Shown here: positions 19,199-31,241 of the stretch, in pieces
Numbering within the stretch: position 1 is the first letter of the stretch
How the letters are laid out: every line of letters begins with the position of its first letter
From: Azolla caroliniana
Taxonomy: Eukaryota > Plantae > Polypodiophyta
Direction: 5' to 3'
Length of the DNA: 64,000 nucleotides
Assembly: GCA_043228905.1 (NCBI GenBank)
Contig: JBHGNT010000012.1
Span: forward strand, 930,001-994,000
Notes under the pieces: model-generated
Told to the model about the DNA's origin: nothing
Seen by the model: the letters and a program-made list of their open reading frames with translations, nothing else
Databases searched by the model: none
Translations under genes and position numbers: made by a program

Positions 19199-22100
19199 TC
19201 AGGTGGGTGAGGGGATTGCCATGAGGGGATATCGAAGTGAGATAGAGGTACCCAAAACCTCGTCCATAGATTTGACGCCATGGTGAGGGGTCGAAGGGAT
19301 TGCGGCTTTGTCCTCCCAGTTGAAGCTATGCAAGAGATTAGCGAGGAGCGTGGTGGCCATGGAGAGGCCGAGGCGGGTACCGGGGCACCCGCGCCGCCCG
19401 TGCCCAAAGGCCAAGAGCTCGTAGGAAGACCCATCAATGTGAGCATTGGGATCGGGATTGGCATATGCATTATTATTATTGGGTAAGAAGCGTTCGGGAT
19501 GAAACTCGGCCACATTGTGGCCCCAGATGGATTGGTCTCTCCCGATGGCCCACACATTCACGATGAGCCGGGTCTTGGCGGGGATAGCAAACCCCCCTAC
19601 CTCCGCCCGCTCCATGGACTCATGCGGTATGAGGAGGGGTGCGGGCGGGTGGAGCCGCATCGTCTCCTTCACCACTGCTTGCAAGTATGGAAGCTTGCTC
19701 AGGGTTGTCTCCTCCAACACCTGCACACCATGCCCATGCCCATGGCCTTGGAGGTTGGGAGAGGAGATCTCCTCCACCATAGCCATGGTTGTGGTGGTAG
19801 TTGTGGTCACCATGAGCTTGGTTGCCCCTCTTAATTCAGTCTGCAGTTTCTCCATGATCCTCGCAGAGTCGGGCGCCCTTAACACCTCCACCATCGTCCA
19901 CTCCACCAATGCGGCCGTCGTGTCTGTGCTCCCTGTCAGCATCTCCTACAACAATCAAATCATCACCACCACCATTCGTTCAAGATATGTTGACATACTA
20001 AGAGGGAGTGATAACTTAAGTGCCATACTTAAGACACCACCGAGAAGGTTGAGCTCACATGTGTATGCATTATTCACACATAGAGACTTTGTGCTTCAAT
20101 GTATGAATGCCCCTTCTTCGGAAGGAGACACATATCAAGAACACATGTATACTCTGGTCCCATAGGTCAAAATTGGCCTCTTTATGGACGATAAAAATTC
20201 TAATTCTAATTCTAATAGTGGGTTTCATTAAGGCCATTCAGGGAAAACCCTAAACATCCCCAAGAGACAGAGAGTTCTTACAACTCAGGAGAGAATTACA
20301 TGACAACTTTAATGGTGATGATGAGATGTTGGAGCATGTTTAAGTAGTTTTCTTCCTAGATATTCTACATGAGAGCTTTAATGGTGATGATGAGATGTTG
20401 GAGCATGTTTAAGTAGTTTTCTTCCTAGATATTCTACATGAGAGCTTTAATGGTGATGATGAGATGTTGCAACAAGTTTAGCCAGTTTTTGCAAGTTCGT
20501 TCTTAGAAATTTTACATGAGAGCTTTAATGGTGATGATGAGATGTTGCAGCAAGTTTAGCTGGTTTTTGCAGGTTCACTCCTAGAAAATTTTACATCACA
20601 GCTTTAATGGTGATGATGAGATGTTGTAGCAAGTTCTTCGGTAGTTTTGCAGGTTCATTCCTAGAATTTTTTTACATCACAGCTTTAATGGTGATGATGA
20701 GAAGTTGCAGCAAGTTCTTTGGTAGTTTTGCAGGTTCATTCCGAGATTTATTTTTTTACATCACAGCTTTAATGGTGATGATGAGATGTTGCAGCAAGCA
20801 AGTTCTTTGCTAGTTTTTGTAAGTTCATTCTTAGAAATTTTACATTAGAGCTTTAATGGTGATGATGAGATGTTGCAGCAAGTTCTTTGCTAGTTTTTGT
20901 AAGTTCATTCCTAGAAAATTTCACATCAGAGCTTTAATGGCGATGATGAGACGTTGCAGCAAGATCTTTGCTAGTTTTTGCAAGTTCACTGCTAGAAAAT
21001 TTCACATCAGATCTTTAATGGCGATGATGAGCTAGTTTTTTGCAATTCCACTCCTAGAAAACTAATACATCAGAGCTTTCTTGAATCCCTAAAAACAAAG
21101 ATTTACCAGCAGAGATGCCTTCACGGTGTTGATGTTTTCGATCAGGCCCTCCAGGTTTGATCCTGCAGGTGTACAGATCCTGCACCCATTCATATAATCA
21201 AGAACCTTGAGAGCATCCTCCATAGCCAGAGCTGATCCATCTCCAAGATATTGCACCATGAAAGTTGAGAGCATATCCTTGTGGCCATCCCTCTCCCACT
21301 TCACAGGATCTTCAAGTATCTGATTCAACCTGGACCGCAGAATACTGGTCAAGATCACATCCATCTTCTTCGCTTCTGCTTTGATGCGCCTCCGCACAGA
21401 GCGGAAGCGATCCACCCACCATAGCCACGGCACGAAATCTGCTATGATCGGTACCGCGAAAAGCCTCGAAATGCTCCAGTATACAGCCGGGAATTCTGAG
21501 AGCGATGCCTCATCAGACGACCTTTGGCTGAACAGAACGCGGGTCATGATGTTGAAGATGACCTCCGCCGCCATGGCTCGGATGTCCACAGCTCTGCCAG
21601 GCTCTGCAGATCGGAGCTTCTGGACGAGGATGCTCACTTCGTCGTCTCGGATCGATCTGTACGCGCGCACGCGTTTCGGCCTGAGAAGCTCTTGTGTGTA
21701 CAGCTTCCGTATGAGCCGCCATTTAGGGTTAGGTTGCAGGAGCGCGGAGCCTTGGCCATAGAAGGCGAGGTGGGAGAATTCCATGGAAGGTCTGCCGGAG
21801 AAGATGTGGTCGTAGTCGTGAAGGAAGAGCTTGGCCATGGCAGGAGATGAGATGACCACTGTGGGATGGATCCCTAACTGTATTAACAGGATTGGCCCGT
21901 ATATCTCTGAGAGCTTCTGCAACACTCTGTGTGGCAGAGGGCCTAAGAGATGGAGATGGCCTATCACAGGCAATCTCCTCCATGTTGGCCCCGGAGGAAC
22001 TCGCATGGCCCTCCTCGCAGGCGGAGAAGGAGACGGCGAGCTTCCATAGAAACATGTCAGTACATTTCTTCTGCTGCTTCTTCTGCTGCTTCTACCACTT

Positions 22101-22387
22101 CTTTTTGCATCTTCCTCTGTGAATTCTTCGCAACTTGATTCCTGCCCTAAGTAGTAGGCTCTGGCCCAGGCTATGGCGAGCACAAGAGCTAAGAAGCTCA
22201 TGATGTACATTAATATCAAGTCGAGTTTAGGGTTAGGGTCTGCAGTATAGAGTTTAGGGTTATGTTCTGCAGTATATGCAGTAATTATGCTTTCCATGTC
22301 ATAGGAACTGGGGCTTGACACTGCATGCTTCAACAGTATCTCATCATAAGATGCAAAAGATTCCTCTGATTTGATGAAGGTAGCCAT
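19199..22387 (-). CDS. Cytochrome P450, CYP71 clan (A-type), 2 exons (22387-21107, 19945-19199)
   Basis: Transmembrane anchor, PPGP..LPVIGHLHLLG, WRLIRK, I-helix EMLTGSTDTT, KETMRLHPP, NVWAIGRD, FHPERF and heme motif FGHGRRGCPG. Single phase-0 GT-AG intron at the conserved A-type position. Confidence 0.93.
19968..20217 (+). mobile_element. 3' end fragment of RTE-type LINE with (TTCTAA)n tail in the P450 intron
   Basis: Encodes TIRSRYVDILRGSDNLSAILKTPPRRL, matching IIREKYDDLLDRDDNVSVILKCPPRK at ~50505-50580. Ends GGTCCCATAGGTCAAAATTGGCCTCTTTATGGACGATAAAATTCTAATTCTAATTCTAAT. Confidence 0.82.
20295..21078. repeat. Tandem array of ten 69-84-bp units in the P450 intron
   Basis: TTTAATGG(T/C)GATGATGAG at ~20308, 20377, 20446, 20524, 20603, 20684, 20768, 20852, 20933 and 21014. 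Confidence 0.95.
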
Positions 22388-23026
22388 GGAAGCTTGAAAG
22401 GAAGTGGGTTTAGGGTTAGGGTTTATAATCTGTAGAGAATATGTGCGTTAGCAAGAGTAGACAGATCAATCCGAAGGGCGAAAAATCGATTTGGACAAGA
22501 AAGATAATCATGGGCTCTTTTGAATAGCCGATTGAAATATGTTTCATCTAAAGATCGACATGACAATAGAAGCATATCATGATTCATGGAATCAATAACT
22601 AACAAAACACAGAGAGAGATATGTACATATATGCATCAATTCAGTCTGCTATGCTTTATAAAGAAACTTCTCTGCATTAAATAAATACCTAAGCCATTTG
22701 TGGATGATTCTCCTCTCCAACAGATTCTGTATTGTAATGTGAATTCATTAAGTAAATGATGTTAACAGGAGGAGGTCTTGAGAAGACTTCAATTTGGAAA
22801 TACCTACCTTCTTCCTCTCCTAAAAAAGGCTGAAAAAAACAGAGTCCAGACAATGACTAAAGGTGTGGGTCATTATCAATTATCATTATCATTATCATTA
22901 TCAAAGGGACACAGTTTAGAAGATCATGATATCATGCATGACCGAATTCATATGAGCTATGCCTATATAGCTCGTGTCTATATCTGCACCCAATTCGTAT
23001 TCGAGAATGATTCAATGAAACGTGTA

Positions 23027-23170
23027 TCGTAAATCATCTCAAAGTTTGATTGGATTTATAAGTTTGGAAAATAAATCAATAAAGATTGGAAATCAAACGG
23101 GTATGGTAAATCATCTCAAAGTTAGGATTGGATTTATAAGTTTGGAAAATAAATAAATAAAGATTGGAAT
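23027..23170. repeat. ~77-bp direct tandem duplication
   Basis: GTAAATCATCTCAAAGTT..GATTGGATTTATAAGTTTGGAAAATAAAT.AATAAAGATTGGAA occurs twice. Confidence 0.88.
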
Positions 23171-24197
23171 TTCAAAAAATGACTATAGTCTGCATTATAT
23201 ATTGATTGAATCAAATGTCAAAACACAATTTGAAAGTTCAAAACTTACGGATTACTTATATTATATAGCCCTAATGGAGAGGTGCCCCCCTTCCAATTTA
23301 TTTTTCTCTATTTCTTATTTCTATACACATTTTTCTCATGGTCAAATAGTTCCAATAGTTCAAAGACAATATTATATTGATGATGCGCTCATCTTGCAAC
23401 TAGTGAAGGTATCAATTTCTTCACTTTATAACTTTACAAAAAAATGAGTATGAACTATAAAGATTGAATCAAAATATGTCATTATAAACTATAAGCATAT
23501 GTTCAAAAACTCATAAAACGTATATTCGAGAATACGAAGAAAACATGGCATAAGCAATAGTAGCATAACAAGTTACCACTAAGGTGAGCTAATTTCTAAT
23601 AACAAAGAAAGAAAGAAAAAAGGAACATGACACTAACATAAAATTTTGTTATGACATGACACTAATGAGAGAGAGATGAGAAAATTGAGACAAACATCAT
23701 AACAACTAACCACTTGGGTGAGTTAATTTCTAATAACAACAAAAGAAAAAAAAGGAGCACACATTCTTCCCTTTTCAAACCTTTCAGTGCTTGCACGAAC
23801 ACGTTTATTACGTTTTATGTTTGCACCCAAATCATATGAAGAGGTGTTCCTGGTAGGAATCGGCAACGATTCCGTTACGGCTTAATTGGCTTGGCATTTG
23901 TCCAAACCAAACAAATTAAGCCTTAATTGGTTTGGGAGTTTTCAAACTTGAACCAAACCGGTTCCTAAAGCGGTTAACGCTTAACTGGTTTAGGTGCCGA
24001 ATTATACTTCCTGCTCAGCATGGCAAGAGACGATCAATGGGGTCCACTCACGCGGTGGTTGGCTCAGATGGATTCAGAGAGGTTGAGTTTGAGGCTGGGG
24101 GTTGGGGGTGTGGAGGAGGAGCTTCTGCCATGGCGCATGGCCAATAGCAATTCAACCACAAAAAACGCATAAAAGAAGAAGAAGAAGAAGACTCTCT

Positions 24198-24299
24198 TTT
24201 TTTGGGTGAAAACACACAATTATATTAATAAATGTATGTAAAAAACACTACTTACAATGGGTGTGACCATGAAGTATGGTCACCCACTAACTATGCTAC
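24198..24299 (-). repeat. Dispersed copy of the 10006-10100 repeat segment, with an A-rich tail
   Basis: Reverse complement GTAGCATAGTTAGTGGGTGACCATACTTCATGGTCACACCCATTGTAAGTAGTG...ATAATTGTGTGTTTTCACCCAAAAAAA matches 10006-10100. Confidence 0.8.
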
Positions 24300-24627
24300 T
24301 CTCTCTCTCTCTCAATAATATCATTAGTAAGATCTAGTCACGACTCAAAACAATAATTGATTGAACTCGCTCATGATGATGATTTTGGGCTCTAATTTAT
24401 ACAAAGTGTTGATGAATTTGATGAGGAAAGTGGTTTTACTGGAATTGCTAATAGAATATTTGGAAAATTTAGGTTCTAACTTCTAATTTGTATGAAATGT
24501 TGATTGATGTAATTGATATGAGGAAAGGGTTTTGGTAACGTAAATGATACGACAAAATTTGGAAGAATATTTACATTCTTTTATTTGGGTTACCAAATTC
24601 AAGTTCCTATTGATCCAGGATATTATG

Positions 24628-24736
<109 letters not shown>

Positions 24737-25463
24737 ATGTACATCGTATGTATATATCTATGTATCACGTATGGATTTCAATCATACTCGGAGCCTTGTC
24801 ACGTATGAGTATGATACAAATATTGGCGTATGAGTATGACACGAATGGGAAGTATGGCTAGAACTATGCCTAGAAGTGAAAGTTGAAAACATATAAAAGC
24901 AAAGATCATGACTCTTGTGGGGTGGATGGTAAAAGACAACCACAAATTTTGCACTAATCAACATTCGAGTCCCTTGAAGTCAAGGTCAAGCCATCAATGC
25001 AAAGTTCATCGAACCTTCTCAATCTCAGATATTGGCAACCGCCTCCTAGCCTGATTAGCATCTCTCTATAGTTTTCCCGATTTTGGCATGTGATGTGGAC
25101 TTGTTTGGGGAACCAATAATAAGTTCTTGCGAAATGTCGAGTGTCTCTCCTCTTTTCGCACCAATTTGTTGCGTCCAACTTATGGATCTTGTTTCTACGT
25201 CGTTGGTTGATTTTGGTGCACCTAAACTGTACACCTTTTTCCTAAGATTTGCCATTTGTTGGATACAATCCTTAATAACCACCATGTTGAAGGATCTTTA
25301 AGGCATGACCTTTGATCCCTACAATTTTCACAGGGCACAAATCTACCACACATATTTTTGCCTCTACATTAAACAATGGAGTCCTGCTTAAAAAAAATAT
25401 TGCATCTATGATTGGCCCATTCTTGATAATGAGGAAGAAATCGATAGATTTAATGCCAATCAA

Positions 25464-25670
25464 ATGAGTTTGTCGATTCTTAGGGTTTTGGGATCAATGG
25501 ATTCCATTTTACCTTTCTTCATTAAACTTCATGCGTTGAGTAAGAACACCAGTGGACAGATTCAAAATGTTGTATATTCGAGCCTTCCCAACCAATGCTT
25601 TTCATATGGTGCGGTGGGTCATTTAGCTAAAGATTGTGAGGTTAATAACAAAGTCAGCATAAGAGTCTAG
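25464..25670 (+). pseudogene. Remnant of L1-type LINE ORF1 zinc knuckle, interrupted by the copia insertion
   Basis: QNVVYSSLPNQCFSYGAVGHLAKDC resembles the plant L1 ORF1 motif Y..LP..CF.CG..GH...C. Confidence 0.6.
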
Positions 25671-25755
25671 TGTTGGAGACAAAGGCCGTCAGTGCGGAAG
25701 ATCAAATAGCATTTGATTGGGGTTGATACCTGCGTATGACAGTTTCTGAGATCGT

Positions 25756-25818
<63 letters not shown>

Positions 25819-26003
25819 CACAAAAGAGTCTTTCTATTCAATAGAAACAATAATACAACCAACCTTACAAAAAGGTTACAAGGTCACTATATGTAGTGAC
25901 CGACTTAGGGCAACTACCATTTATGCTAATTACACAAATGGCCCAAACTTGATCTATACAAAGGGATAGTGTGAATACGTCCATTATACACTTGTATTCG
26001 ACA
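25671..26003 (-). repeat. 3' LTR (333 bp) containing a (GA/TC)n tract
   Basis: Matches 30915-31241 apart from 6 extra nt of GA repeat and one visible A/T substitution. Confidence 0.97.
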
Positions 26004-26197
26004 CTCCCCCGTAATGGGCGTATACATGGGTTATCTAAGATTACAGGTATAAACCTAGGTTCTCAGACATATCAGTTTTTGTTCGAGTCTGCAGGGTCCG
26101 AAGGCAGAAGACCGAACTGGTCGGGTCGGAAGAGTTGAAGCCGATCATTAGGGAACTGATGTCGGTTGTCTGAAACCATCCTGCGCTGTGTCCGGCT

Positions 26198-29100
26198 CTA
26201 ACCGGACTGGTTTGTCGTTACGCCCATCTGATGCCGAAGGGACCGAAAGCGGTCTGCCGAAAGACACTTGGTCATTCCATCTGCAACATTGTCGGTTGTG
26301 GATATTTTCTCTAGACCGATTTTCCCTGAAATGACGCAGTCCCGAACGAAGTGATATCGAACGTCGATATGTTTGGAGGCGTTGTGGTGAACCGGATTTC
26401 TCGACAAGGCAACAGCACCTTGACTGTCGCTATAGACAACTGGAGCCGAGTCATGGTCGACTTGCCGAAACGTGTGCGCCAGCCGGCCGAGCCACAAAGC
26501 TTCTTTTGCAGCGTCGGACGCAGCTACATATTCTGCTTCGGTCGTTGAGGTCGCTGTGCACTCCTGAAGTTTCGACTTCCACGAAATTGCTCCATTGCCG
26601 AATTTGAAGCAGTATCCGGTTGTTGATTTCCGACTGTCTATACAGCCGGCGAAGTCCGAGTCGGTGTAACCGACTACGCCTGAGGTTGAGTTCGGACCGA
26701 AAAGAATGCCGTGATCTTTTGTGCCAGCCAGATATTTGAACACATGCTTGACTGCGTTCCAATGCGATCGGCCAGGATTGTGCATAAATCTGCTAACGAC
26801 TCCTACGGCATGAGAGATATCAGGCCGTGTCGCGACCATCAGGTACATAAGGGAGCCGACTGCCGGTGCATACGGTACCGACTTCATATCTTCCCCCTCC
26901 GGACCGGATGTCGGGCAGTCTCGCTGAGAGAGCCGAAGATTCATGGGGAGCGGGGTTGAAGCAGATTTGGCTGATTTCATGTTGAAGCGTTCCAAGACAC
27001 GTCCGATATAGTCGGTCTGAGACAAAAAAAGATGTCGTTTATCGCGGTGCCGACTAATCTTCATGCCAAGTATGTGTCGTGCCGGACCGAGGTCCTTCAT
27101 GGCAAACTTCAACCGCAATTGCCGAATGAGATCGGCAAGTTCGCCCGCGTGGCGTCCAGAAATTAGCATGTCGTCCACGTAAATGATGAGGAAGATGGGT
27201 GATCCATCTTGAGCTGTGTTGGTAAAAAGACAATGGTCCTCATCGCTTTTTGAGAAGCCGATCGATTGGATGAAGTCATCGAACTTCTTGTACCATTGTC
27301 GCGGTGCCTGTTTGAGGCCGTATAGACTCTTCCTGAGTCGGCAGACTAGATGTTCTTGGCCAGTTGCCACGAAGCCTTTTGGCTGCTCCATATAAATTTC
27401 CTCTTCAAGATCACCATGGAGGAAGGCTGTTTTGACATCTAGCTGAATCAGCTCCAAGTTGTCGGCTGCCACTACGCCGAGTAGAAAACGAAGGGTTGTC
27501 ATTTTCACCACTGGTGAAAAAATCTCGTCGAAGTCGACGCCATATTCTTGTCGGAAGCCCTTCGCAACTAATCTGGCCTTGTACTTTGGGGTGGTCGAAT
27601 CAGACGTCTCTTTTAGTCGATAAACCCACTTGCAAGGAAGAGCACGTCGATTCTTAGGTAGTTCGACCAGATCCCAAGTCTTGTTTGCCCGAATGGAGTG
27701 CATTTCCGACTCCATCGCCAGATGCTAGGTGGCTGAATCGACAGATGTCGATGCTTCTTCGTAAGACGTCGGTTCGCCGGCGTCGGTGAAGAAAATTCCA
27801 GGAGAATACCTCTCCGGAGGTTGCGATAGTCTCTCCGATCGTCGAGGTATGATTGGACTGGTCGCATCGGGTATCGAGGTCGGATGGTCCGAAAGCGAAT
27901 TATTCTGCTGTGCCGAGTCAGAGTTGTCCGAGTCGGTGGTGTAAGGTTCAGCTACCCGTGAAGCTGACCGTGTGTTAAGAGCGGGGCCTTCTTGAAGGGT
28001 CGGCACATCGGAAAATGTTACCCTTCGGACTTCGATCGGTTTTTCGACTGATGGATTCATAGCCGACTCGTTGAACACAACGTCCGAACTTCGAACGATT
28101 TGTCTGCGTTCGGGGTCCCAGAGTCGGTATCCCATTTCGCCGTCTGATCCATATCCAAGGAAAATGCATTTCCTGGACCGAGGTGCAAGTTTTCGGCGAT
28201 CATCTTTCGGAATAAGGGCGTATGCCTCGCATCCGAAGATCCTCAGCTTGTCGTAATTCGGCTTACTGCCGATCCATAGTTCCTGAGGAATTTGAAGTCC
28301 TAGAGGTCTGCTTGGCGACATATTGATTATGTGTACTGCCGTGAGTAGAGCCTCTGCCCAGAAGCCATCCGACAGTCCGGAGTGTTGGAGCATGGAAACT
28401 ATCCGTTCTTGGATTGTCCGATTCATGCGTTCTGCAATCCCGTTTTGCTCCGGACTGTGTGGTGCCGTAAATTCACGTCGGATGCCGCGTTGTCGGCAGA
28501 ATTTGACGAATTCTTCTGATTTGAACTCTCCCCCATTGTCGGTCCGAAAGCATTTCAGTTTTCGGTCAGTTTGATTTTCTACCATAGCGAGCCAATCGGA
28601 GAAGATCGAGAAGACACGATCTTTCGTGCGAATTGGATAAGCCCACACCTTTCGAGTCGAGTCGTCAATAAAACTGACGAAGTAAGAGGCACCGCCGAGA
28701 GACTGATGCGGCATTGGGCCACAGACGTCCGAGTGGACTAAATCGAGAGGTCTCGTTACTCTTGGTGCTGATGTCGGGTGTGATGCGGCTGCTTGTTTGC
28801 CATACTGACAATGTTCGCAGAATTGATGGTCCGAGAAGGAGAGTTTAGGGATGTATCCGGCTCTAGATAGGTGCGTAATGCCGGCCTTGCTGAGGTGTCC
28901 TAATCTTCTGTGCCATAGTGATGACACAGGAATATCCACCAAAAACAGGTTACCCTCTCTGAGCGTAACATGTAACGGATACAGTGAGTGTATCTTGGGT
29001 CCTCTAGCAAGCAGGAGGTTCCCCCTGTGGAGTGTCCACCCTCCCGAAGAAAAACCGGCACGAATGTCGTCTTCATCTAGTTGTCCGACTGAGATCAATG

Positions 29101-30232
29101 GCCTTGAGAGCTCGGGTACATGTCGGACATTGTGAAGTACAAGTGTAGAGCCACCTGCAAGGTTGAGCTCTACTGTGCCGATTCCAATGATGTCACAGTG
29201 TTGCGAGTTGCCGACTCGAACTGAGTCGGAGTGACGGATCGTATATTGCCGAAATTGGGATTGATGAGGAGTCACGTGAAATGACGCGCCCGAATCTAAG
29301 AGCCATGTGCTCGATTCTTCAGTCGTGAGCAGAACTTCTGATCCGACTGGATTTTCGATTGATAGTATATTCGGGTCGTTTGGTAGCACATCAGCTGAGA
29401 AGCTGACGTAATTGATCTCCTCATGCCGGCCACTCTTCTTGTCCGATTTCTGAGACTTGTCGTTCTTGTTCTTGAGTGCACGGCAGTCAGCTTTGATGTG
29501 TCCGGGTTTCTTGCAATAGTCGCAGATTCGATTATCCCGTGACTGGCTCCGTCTTCGCTGATTGTTCGGCTGCCGTGAGGAATCTCTTCCTCGTATGTTT
29601 GATCGTTCTGTCGAACCTTGTACTACATAAGCGTCGTCTGTTGAGTCTTTGGCGAAAGACTTTCTCCGAGCTGCTTCGGTCAGGATTGCGCTCGTGACTT
29701 CGGAGTATTTAACAGCCGTGGTTGACGCGTTGCACACGGTTGTGACGAAAGTTTCCCATGATGAGGGAAGGCTGCTCATGAGTATCATTGCTCTGAGTTC
29801 ATCCTCGATTGCCGTCCCCTGAGATGAGATTTGGGAGCTTATGCTTTCGTACTCATTGAGATGTGCTTGAACCGAATCTGATTCTTTCATCCGCAAGTTG
29901 TAGAGGCGCCGGATTAGAAACATCTTTGTTGCAGCGACCTTCTTTTCGTAAGTGTCCGACAGTGTTTTCCACAGTTCGAATGTTGTCGTACACGATTGCA
30001 CCGTAAAGTATACCGATTCCGATAGGTGCATCCGAATCGTGGCGCGGACGATTCTGTCCAGCTTCTGCCACTCAATTGGTTTGTATCCTTCTGGAGGTTC
30101 TTCATTTTCGATGGGATCGATTTGCCCCTTGACTATGAGATAGTCCTGCATTTGCTCCTTCCAGAAGTTGAAGTTCGATCCATCGAACTTTCGTAGACTC
30201 ATTTCTGACGAGCCGGATGTTGATGCCATCAA
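26198..30232 (-). pseudogene. copia gag-pol polyprotein, interrupted by a single in-frame TAG at 27727-27725
   Basis: Gag zinc knuckle CDYCKKPGHIKADC, protease WLLDSGAS, GAG-pre-integrase WHRRLGH, integrase HSDVCGP/RTDNGGEF/AERMNRT, RT DVKTAFLHG/YVDDML and RNaseH YTDSDFAG. The two listed ORFs are in the same frame. Confidence 0.95.
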
Positions 30233-30914
30233 ATTTGGTTTCGGTTGACGAAGCTCGGTTCGGAGTTGACTACGAACCTTGTTGGAGTGCAGCCGGTTGG
30301 CTCACCCGATATCGTTCTAGTCGGATTTGAACCCGAGTCGGTTCGGCTTCGGATATATGTATTGTTGAACTTGCTCGAATTGACTCCGGTAACTTGAGGG
30401 ACAGAACCGACTGGTCTTCCCGAATGTTGCCGAGTCGGAGTGAGCCCGGTTCGCTTCCGAATATATATGCCAAATACCGATTATTGAAACCGATTGTCTG
30501 GACCGATTCTGCTTCGGGTGACTGCAGCGACGAGAGAGACGGATCCAACTGATCCTCCCGAATGTCGATCAGCCGGATGAAGCACGAATTTGAGTTGTTG
30601 TCTTGAGACCGATCTGCACCGAGTGGTTATAATGAGCGGCGAGCAGCGTTTGATGACCTCTTCGGATGCCGTTTAACCGAGTGGAGCACGATCGTGTCAA
30701 TGTTGCACAAGGGGATTTCACCTCGAGCGGTTACGATCACAAGGAACAGAGTACAACCAGCTAGCTTACTCCAAGCGAAGATGATCTAACGCGATGAGAT
30801 GCAAGCCTCGTTTTTCTTCTTCTCTCTTCTTCGAATGACGCAAGAAACCGAATGTTGTGCAGGCTGAGACGACGGCCGACAGCGGGTTGAAGGACCGAAT
30901 GCTCTGATACCAGA

Positions 30915-30999
30915 TGTTGGAGACAAAGGCCGTCAGTGCGGAAGATCAAATAGCATTTGATTGGGGTTGATACCTGCGTATGACAGTTTCTGAGATCGT

Positions 31000-31056
<57 letters not shown>

Positions 31057-31241
31057 CACAAAAGAGTCTTTCTATTCAATAGAAACAATAATACAACCAA
31101 CCTTACAAAAAGGTTACAAGGTCACTATATGTAGTGACCGACTTAGGGCAACTACCATTTATGCTAATTACACAAATGGCCCAAACTTGATCTATTCAAA
31201 GGGATAGTGTGAATACGTCCATTATACACTTGTATTCGACA
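30915..31241 (-). repeat. 5' LTR (327 bp)
   Basis: Adjacent to the PBS; near-identical to 25671-26003. Confidence 0.97.

Larger units (their letters stand above)
25671..31241 (-). mobile_element. Full-length Ty1/copia LTR retrotransposon (Tork/Tnt1-like), very recent insertion
   Basis: LTRs at 25671-26003 and 30915-31241 (TG...CA). 5-bp TSD TCTAG at 25666-25670 and 31242-31246. PBS TGGTATCAGAGC (tRNA-iMet) at 30912-30901. PPT GGGGGAG adjacent to 26004. Gag-protease-integrase-RT-RNaseH domain order. Confidence 0.98.

Noticed and set aside
20295-21078. CRISPR-like array or C/D-box snoRNA cluster (each unit has RTGATGA)
   Set aside because: The sequences between the cores are homologous rather than unique spacers, there are no cas genes and the host is eukaryotic. 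There is also no CTGA D box on the same strand as the C-box-like motif.
19087-22138. Overlapping alternative-frame and antisense ORFs over the P450 exons
   Set aside because: These are expected shadows of GC-rich coding sequence with no recognisable motifs.
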